Shown: piece by piece, positions 22,791-32,000 of the stretch
Layout of the letters: each line of letters begins with the position of its first letter
Position numbering within the stretch: position 1 is the first letter of the stretch
NCBI RefSeq assembly: GCF_001457615.1
Contig: NZ_LN831024.1
Coordinates: 4,950,001 to 4,982,000 of the forward strand
Reading direction: 5' to 3'
DNA: 32,000 bases
Source of the DNA: Pseudomonas aeruginosa
Lineage (GTDB): Bacteria > Pseudomonadota > Gammaproteobacteria > Pseudomonadales > Pseudomonadaceae
The notes under the pieces: generated by a model
Told to the model about the DNA's origin: nothing
Database searches by the model: none
The model's input: only the letters and a program-made list of their open reading frames with translations
Position numbers and translations under genes: made by a program

Positions 22791-22923
22791 ATCGACTTGG
22801 TCATCCACACGTGGGGAATGGAAGGCTCACCCATCCGGCGGCCCGTGCCGATCAACGGCATGAAAGGGAACATTCTACCCGGAAACGGGTATGAGAAAAG
22901 TACAGCAGATCAATGCGCGTCGC

Positions 22924-23847
22924 TCACTCGGAAACAGACGCGCGTGCGATGAAGCTTTGCGGATTCATTACCCGGCCATCCTTCATCACTTCGAAATGTA
23001 CGTGGTAGCCGGTGGAGCGTCCGGTGCTGCCGACCTTGGCCAGCACCTGGCCGCGCTTGACCAGGTCACCGACCTCGACCAGGTTCTTCTGGTTATGGGC
23101 ATACAACGTGGTGTAGCCATCGGCGTGCCCGACCTCGACCACGTTGCCATAGCCGTTCTTGCGCCCGGACCAGGTCACCACCCCCGCCGCCACGGCCACC
23201 ACGTCGCTGCCGGCCGGCGCGGCGAAGTCGATGCCCTTGTGCATGCTCAGGCGGCCGCTCACCGGATTGACCCGGCGCCCGAACGGCGAGGAGATGTAGC
23301 CCTGGCGCACCGGCTGGCCGGCCAGGTAGGTCGACTGGCTGATGTGCTTGTCGGCGAGCAGTTGCTCCAGCACCTCGAGCTGCTGCTCGCGGGTATCCAG
23401 GCGTGCCGCCAGTTCGTCCAGCGTCGCCATGAACGACGGCGGGGCATAGGCGCTGCCCTCCAGCGGTTCGTCGACGCCACCCTGGCCGACGCTCAGGGAG
23501 AAGTCGAACTCGTCGGGGTCGACGTCGGCCAGCTCGGTGAGACGTTCGCCGAGGGCATCCAGCCGAACCAGGCGCGCCTGCAGTTCGCCGAGATGCACGC
23601 TCAGTGCGTCCATCTGCCGCTGCGCGTCCTCGCGGGCGCTGCTGATCTCGGCGCTCTGCGCCTGCAGCGCGGCATCGACTTCGATGCCGGCCACCGGAGC
23701 CGGCGCGCGGAACAGCCAGGCGCCCATGAAGCCCCCGGCCAACAGGCTGGCACCGACCACGCAGGCCCCGGCCAGCATCAGCAACCGCGGCTGCAGATGG
23801 ACGGAGCGAGCGGCCCCATGGTGCCGGCTCAGAAAAATGATGTGCAT
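22924..23847 (-). CDS. M23 family (LytM-type) metallopeptidase, membrane-anchored (307 aa)
   Basis: N-terminal TM segment, coiled coil, then ISSPFGRRVNPVSGRLSMHKGIDFAAPAGSDVVAVAAGVV...GNVVEVGHADGYTTLYAH...GSTGRSTGYHVHFEV. Confidence 0.95.
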   Translation of the reverse strand: MHIIFLSRHHGAARSVHLQPRLLMLAGACVVGASLLAGGFMGAWLFRAPAPVAGIEVDAALQAQSAEISSAREDAQRQMDALSVHLGELQARLVRLDALGERLTELADVDPDEFDFSLSVGQGGVDEPLEGSAYAPPSFMATLDELAARLDTREQQLEVLEQLLADKHISQSTYLAGQPVRQGYISSPFGRRVNPVSGRLSMHKGIDFAAPAGSDVVAVAAGVVTWSGRKNGYGNVVEVGHADGYTTLYAHNQKNLVEVGDLVKRGQVLAKVGSTGRSTGYHVHFEVMKDGRVMNPQSFIARASVSE

Positions 23848-23927
23848 GACTTATCCTTCATACGGGCCGGCAGTAGCGAAACGCTTTCTGCTACCATTCC
23901 GACTCAGTAACCCCCAGGCTTCCCGCC

Positions 23928-24389
23928 ATGTCTTTTCGTCCCTTGCCCGCCCAGGCATCGACCCAGTTGCTGCGCCAGGCCAGGCCGCTGCAGATGCTGT
24001 TCGCCGAAGCCCAGCGCATCTGCCGCCTGCAGCAACTGCTGGAAAGCCAGTTGCAACCGGCGGCGCGCCCGTACTGCCATGTGGCTTCGTGGCGCGGCGG
24101 TTGCCTGCTGCTGATCGTCACCAATGGCCACTGGGCCACACGCCTGCGCTATCAGCAGCGGCGCCTGCAGCGGCAGCTGCAGGCTTTCGAAGAATTCGCG
24201 AACTTAGCGAAAATCCTTTTCAAGGTGCAACCCACCACGTCCACACAACGTGCGGCACGTCGCAGCTTGACCCTGTCTGCCGTCGCGGCGGAAAACCTTC
24301 GCGAATCCGCCGAGATCGTCGGCAATCCACGCCTGCGGGAAGCGCTCGAGCGGTTGGCAAGCCGCGCCGAGAAAAGCCGGCAAGAATAA
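23928..24389 (+). CDS. DUF721/DciA-like protein (153 aa)
   Basis: MSFRPLPAQASTQLLRQARPLQMLFAEAQRICRLQQLLESQLQPAARPYCHVASWRGGCLLLIVTNGHWATRLRYQ...; small basic DUF721-like protein between secA/M23 and lpxC. Confidence 0.75.
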   Translation: MSFRPLPAQASTQLLRQARPLQMLFAEAQRICRLQQLLESQLQPAARPYCHVASWRGGCLLLIVTNGHWATRLRYQQRRLQRQLQAFEEFANLAKILFKVQPTTSTQRAARRSLTLSAVAAENLRESAEIVGNPRLREALERLASRAEKSRQE

Positions 24390-24399
24390 ATCCCGAAAT

Positions 24400-24426
24400 A
24401 AAAAGAGGCCACCCTGAGGTGGCCTC
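24400..24426 (-). terminator. Intrinsic terminator downstream of lpxC
   Basis: Minus strand GAGGCCACC TCAG GGTGGCCTC followed by TTTTTATTT. This is a perfect 9-bp stem. Confidence 0.9.
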
Positions 24427-24449
24427 CAAATATGGAAAGGAGAGTTTTC

Positions 24450-25373
<924 letters not shown>

Positions 25374-25473
25374 TTAAGCGCTGACTGCGAACTGTTTTCA
25401 ACAATGGCCGGCGATGATAGCAGAACCGGCCTTTGCTGAACACCAATCACATCTCTACTCCTGATTAATTACT

Positions 25474-26658
25474 TCAATCGGCCTGACGACGCAGGAACGC
25501 CGGGATATCCAGGTAATCCAGGTCATCCTGCGGGTTCAGCTTGGCCGCGGTCGCCGCGCTGCCGTGAGACTGGTTGCGCATCACGGTAGGACGGTCGAGG
25601 TCGCGGTAGTTCACCGACTGCTGCTCGCGCTGGGCCGGAGCGGCTGCCTGGGCTGCACTGCCCTGCACGGTGTTGTCGACGACCTTCACCGGTTTCTCCA
25701 GGCGCGCGCCCAGGCCGGTGGCGACTACGGTGACGTGCAGCTCATCGCGCATGTCCGCGTCGATCACGGTGCCCACCTTCACAGTGGCGTGCTCGGAAGC
25801 GAACTGTTCGATGATGTTGCCGACATCGGAGTACTCGCCCAGGGACAGGTCCGGACCCGCGGTGATGTTCACCAGGATGCCGCGCGCGCCCTGCAGGTTG
25901 ACGTCTTCCAGCAGCGGGTTGCGGATTGCCGCCTCGGTGGCCTCGCGGGCACGGTTCGGACCGCTGGCGCAGCCGGTACCCATCATCGCCATGCCCATTT
26001 CGCTCATGACGGTCTTCACGTCGGCGAAGTCGACGTTGATCATGCCCGGACGCTTGATGATGTCGGAGATACCGCGCACGGCACCGGCCAGCACGTCATC
26101 GGCCTTGGCGAAGGCGGCCAGCAGGCTGGCGTCCTTGCCGAGGATGGTCAGCAGCTTCTCGTTCGGGATGGTGATCAGCGAATCGACGCTCTCGGCCAGC
26201 GCACGGATGCCCTCGTCGGCGATCTGCATGCGCTTGCGACCTTCGAACGGGAACGGGCGGGTCACCACCGCGACGGTGAGGATGCCCATTTCCTTCGCCA
26301 CTTCGGCGATGATCGGCGCGGCGCCGGTACCGGTGCCGCCACCCATGCCGGTGGTGATGAAGACCATGTCGGCGCCTTCCAGCACTTCGGAAATGCGCTC
26401 GCGATCTTCCAGAGCCGCCTGACGACCAACTTCCGGATTGGCGCCGGCACCCAGCCCCTTGGTGACGCCCGGGCCGAGTTGCAGAACGGTGCGCGCCGCG
26501 ATGTTCTTCAGCGCTTGTGCGTCGGTGTTGGCGCAGATGAACTCGACGCCCTCGACGTTGTTCTTGGCCATGTGATTGACGGCGTTGCCGCCACCACCAC
26601 CTACACCGATCACTTTTATGACGGCGGTTTGTGCGATGTTATCGACCAGTTCAAACAT
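25474..26658 (-). CDS. ftsZ: Cell division GTPase FtsZ (394 aa)
   Basis: [30 protein letters not shown]...[20 protein letters not shown]... and C-terminal [15 protein letters not shown]. Confidence 0.99.
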   Translation of the reverse strand: MFELVDNIAQTAVIKVIGVGGGGGNAVNHMAKNNVEGVEFICANTDAQALKNIAARTVLQLGPGVTKGLGAGANPEVGRQAALEDRERISEVLEGADMVFITTGMGGGTGTGAAPIIAEVAKEMGILTVAVVTRPFPFEGRKRMQIADEGIRALAESVDSLITIPNEKLLTILGKDASLLAAFAKADDVLAGAVRGISDIIKRPGMINVDFADVKTVMSEMGMAMMGTGCASGPNRAREATEAAIRNPLLEDVNLQGARGILVNITAGPDLSLGEYSDVGNIIEQFASEHATVKVGTVIDADMRDELHVTVVATGLGARLEKPVKVVDNTVQGSAAQAAAPAQREQQSVNYRDLDRPTVMRNQSHGSAATAAKLNPQDDLDYLDIPAFLRRQAD

Positions 26659-26708
26659 TTCCCCTCTCCTTCCTTTCTAGTTTTGTCGCCTACTGTTACC
26701 GCGTTGAA

Positions 26709-27962
26709 TCAGAAATTGCCCTGGACCCAGCGTTTGAGCCGCTCCAGGACAGGTGCCTTGGGTTCGTCGCTGCTGTAGCTGCTGCCTGACACAGACATCG
26801 ACATGCCATCGGACTGCTTCTGCAGTCCGTACATCAGCAGGCCGACGCCCGTCGAATAGATCGGGTTGCGCACCACGTCGGTGAGGCCCTTCACGCTATA
26901 CGGCACGCCGAGGCGTACCGGCATGTGGAAGATTTCCTCGGCCAGCTCGACCGCGCCTTCCATCTTCGAGGTGCCGCCGGTGAGGACGATCCCTGCCGGG
27001 ATCAGGTCCTCGTAGCCGCTGCGGCGCAGCTCGGCCTGGACCAGGGTGAACAGCTCGTCGTAACGAGGCTCGACCACTTCGGCCAGGGCCTGGCGCGACA
27101 GTTCGCGCGGCGGCCGGTCGCCGACGCTGGGCACCTTGATGGTCTCGCCGGCACCGGCCAGCTTGGCCAGGGCGCAGGCGTAGCGGATCTTGATCTCTTC
27201 CGCGTACTGGGTCGGCGTCCGCAGGGCCATGGCGATGTCATTGGTGACCTGGTCGCCGGCGATCGGGATCACCGCGGTATGGCGGATCGCGCCTTCGGTG
27301 AAGATCGCGATATCGGTGGTGCCGCCGCCGATATCCACCAGGCACACGCCCAGTTCCTTCTCGTCCTCGGTCAGCACCGAATAGGCCGAGGCCAACTGCT
27401 CGAGGATGATGTCGTCGACCTCGAGGCCGCAGCGGCGCACGCACTTCTCGATGTTCTGCGAGGCATTCACCGCGCAGGTCACCACGTGCACCTTGGCTTC
27501 CAGGCGCACCCCGGACATGCCCAGCGGCTCGCGCACGCCTTCCTGGTTATCGATCACGTAATCCTGGGCCAGGGTATGCAGCACCCGCTGGTCCGCCGGG
27601 ATCGCCACCGCCTGGGCGGCATCCAGTACCCGTTCGATATCCGCCGGGTTCACCTCGCGATCGCGGATCGCCACGATGCCGTGGGAATTGAGGCTGCGGA
27701 TGTGGTTGCCGGCGATGCCGACGAACGCCGAGTGGATACGGCAACCGGCCATCTGCTGGGCCTCGTCGATGGCGCGCTGGATCGACTGCACGGTGGACTC
27801 GATGTTCACCACCACGCCCTTCTTCAGGCCGCGGGACGGATGAGTACCGATGCCAACGACCTCCAGCTGGCCATCGGCCGTCACCTCGCCCACCAGCGCC
27901 ACCACCTTGGAGGTACCGATGTCGAGGCCGACGATCATCTTGCCGCTCTGCACGCTTGCCAT
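26709..27962 (-). CDS. ftsA: Cell division protein FtsA (417 aa)
   Basis: MASVQSGKMIVGLDIGTSKVVALVGEVTADGQLEVVGIGTHPSRGLKKGVVVNIESTVQSIQRAIDEAQQMAGC...; C-terminal amphipathic VLERLKRWVQGNF. Confidence 0.99.
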   Translation of the reverse strand: MASVQSGKMIVGLDIGTSKVVALVGEVTADGQLEVVGIGTHPSRGLKKGVVVNIESTVQSIQRAIDEAQQMAGCRIHSAFVGIAGNHIRSLNSHGIVAIRDREVNPADIERVLDAAQAVAIPADQRVLHTLAQDYVIDNQEGVREPLGMSGVRLEAKVHVVTCAVNASQNIEKCVRRCGLEVDDIILEQLASAYSVLTEDEKELGVCLVDIGGGTTDIAIFTEGAIRHTAVIPIAGDQVTNDIAMALRTPTQYAEEIKIRYACALAKLAGAGETIKVPSVGDRPPRELSRQALAEVVEPRYDELFTLVQAELRRSGYEDLIPAGIVLTGGTSKMEGAVELAEEIFHMPVRLGVPYSVKGLTDVVRNPIYSTGVGLLMYGLQKQSDGMSMSVSGSSYSSDEPKAPVLERLKRWVQGNF

Positions 27963-27983
27963 GGTTATTACTGTCTCCTCAAC

Positions 27984-28847
27984 TCACTGCACGGCGCTGG
28001 CCGTGGCCACCGTCGCGGGCGTGACCGGCTCGCGCCACGCAACGGCGAGGCCGTTGGGGTAACGCAGGTCGATCCGCGCAATGTTCGAAATCTGATCTTT
28101 GAGTGCCTTGTCGTAGATGCTTACGAAGCGGCGAATCTTGTCTACCACGTGGTCGCGCCCGATCTGGATCTCGACGCCCTGGGCCGTGGTCAGCGCCCAA
28201 CCGCCGCGATCGCTCATTTCCAGGCGGGCGATGGAGAACCCGAGGGGACGCAGCAACTGGCTGAGCAACTGGTATTGCTGCATCACCTGCTGTTGCGCCC
28301 GCTGTGGACCATGCAAGCGGGGCAGATGTTCATAATTCGCCAGTTCCTTTGGCGTAAAAGCCTGTCCCTGGTTGTTCAGCAGCGCTTCGTCGCCCCACCG
28401 CGCGATCGGCAGTTGCTCGTCCAGGCGGATCACCACCTGGTCCGGCCACACCCGGCGCACCTCGGCGTGGGCGATCCAGGGCATCTGTTCCAGTTGCCCG
28501 CGCATGCCCGCCAGGTCGATGGTGAAGAAGCTCGCCGCCAGGTACGGGGAGATCCGCTGCTGCACCGCGCGCTGGCTGATGTAGCTGAGGTCGCCCTCGA
28601 CACTGACCTTGGCGATCGGCCGGTCGGCGTACGGCAGGATGTACTCGGCGCCGCGATAGGCGCCATAGCCGAGAACGGCCAGCAACAGCGGCCAGGCCAG
28701 GTACTTGAGGAAACTGAAGTCGGCTTTCGGCAGGCGCACGCTCAGCGGTTCCTTGGCCACCAGACGGCTGGCGCCGCGCGGCATCGGCTTGCGCGGAGCG
28801 CGGCCGAGTCCACCGGGTTGCTGATGACGGAGCAGTACGCCATTCAT
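27984..28847 (-). CDS. ftsQ: Cell division protein FtsQ/DivIB (287 aa)
   Basis: Single TM then POTRA-like [26 protein letters not shown]...; located between ddlB and ftsA. Confidence 0.97.
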
Positions 28848-28850
28848 GGC

Positions 28851-31241
<2,391 letters not shown>

Positions 31242-31249
<8 letters not shown>

Positions 31250-32000
31250 GGGCCACCTCCAGGCAGGCATCGACCACCGTCCGGGTAGCCTCGGGTTTCG
31301 CCAGGCTGCGTGCCTGGTCTGCCATGGAGCGCAGGGTTTCGGGATGCATCAGGACCTCGGACAGCTGCGCGGCCAGTTCGGCCGCGCCGGTAGACTTTTG
31401 CGGCAGCAGGCGGCCGGCGCCGCTGCGTACCAGGAATTCGGCATTGCGGGTCTGGTGATCGTCGATCGCGTGAGGCAACGGCACCAGGAAGGCGGGCAAT
31501 CCCGCCGCCGTCAGCTCGCTGACGGTCAGCGCGCCGGCGCGACAGATCACCAGGTCGGCCCAGGCATAGGCCGCGGCCATGTCGCTGATGAAGGGCGCGA
31601 CGTCCGCTTCGACCGCCACTGTGCGATAACGCTCGGCGGTAATCTCGGCATGCTGACGACCGGCCTGATGGCGGATTGCCGGACGGATTTCCAGCGGCAC
31701 CTGCGCCAGGGCCTCTGGCAACAGCTTGTTCAGCGGTTCCGCGCCAAGGCTGCCGCCGAGCACCAGCAGATTGACCCGACGGCCGGTCAGCGGCGCGCGG
31801 GCGTGCGCGTCGAGGAACAGCTCGCCGCGCACCGGATTGCCGGTGGTCAGACGCTTGTCACTGGCCGGGAAGGTATCCGGGAATGCCTCGCAGACGCGCC
31901 TGGCGATCGGCGCCAGGCTGCGGTTGGCGGTGCCGGCCACGGCGTTCTGCTCGTGGATCACCAGCGGCACGCCGTTGAGGCGCGCAGCCAGGCCGCCCGG
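31242..32000 (-). CDS. murG: MurG glycosyltransferase, partial (C-terminal part; runs off the right edge)
   Basis: Frame is open to the window edge: ...[41 protein letters not shown]...[21 protein letters not shown]...[38 protein letters not shown]. Confidence 0.98.

Noticed and set aside
19944-22952. 1002-aa plus-strand ORF opposite secA
   Set aside because: Antisense shadow of secA. Its length reflects rare stop codons in GC-rich DNA and it has no motifs.

Overview
This is ordinary high-GC gammaproteobacterial core chromosome. Gene content and order match, from memory, the Pseudomonas aeruginosa groESL to secA to dcw (division/cell wall) region; no database search was run. From left to right I read: DUF190 (partial), crcB, a fluoride riboswitch on the minus strand, a small secreted protein, groEL/groES, fxsA, a HugZ-like protein, an SDR, two DUF481 paralogues, an alkyltransferase-like (Atl) protein, ampG, an mscS-type channel, yajQ, a response regulator with a degenerate GGDEF-like domain, a PanE-type reductase, a sensor kinase, a PduO-type adenosyltransferase, a Nudix/ThiE-like fusion, a GST, argJ, secA, an M23 peptidase, a DUF721/DciA-like protein, lpxC, ftsZ, ftsA, ftsQ, ddlB, murC and murG (partial). 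I found no mobile element, CRISPR array, tRNA/rRNA or novel multi-gene system. The best signal is at the left edge. A near-canonical fluoride (crcB-motif) aptamer with a plausible Shine-Dalgarno-sequestering expression platform sits upstream of a crcB fluoride-channel gene. That gene is split by an apparent 1-nt deletion in a short C run (G580-584 on +), followed by a DUF190 gene. Secondary points are the degenerate GGDEF regulator divergent from yajQ, an Atl gene whose start codon overlaps that of a divergent gene, and tandem DUF481 paralogues.
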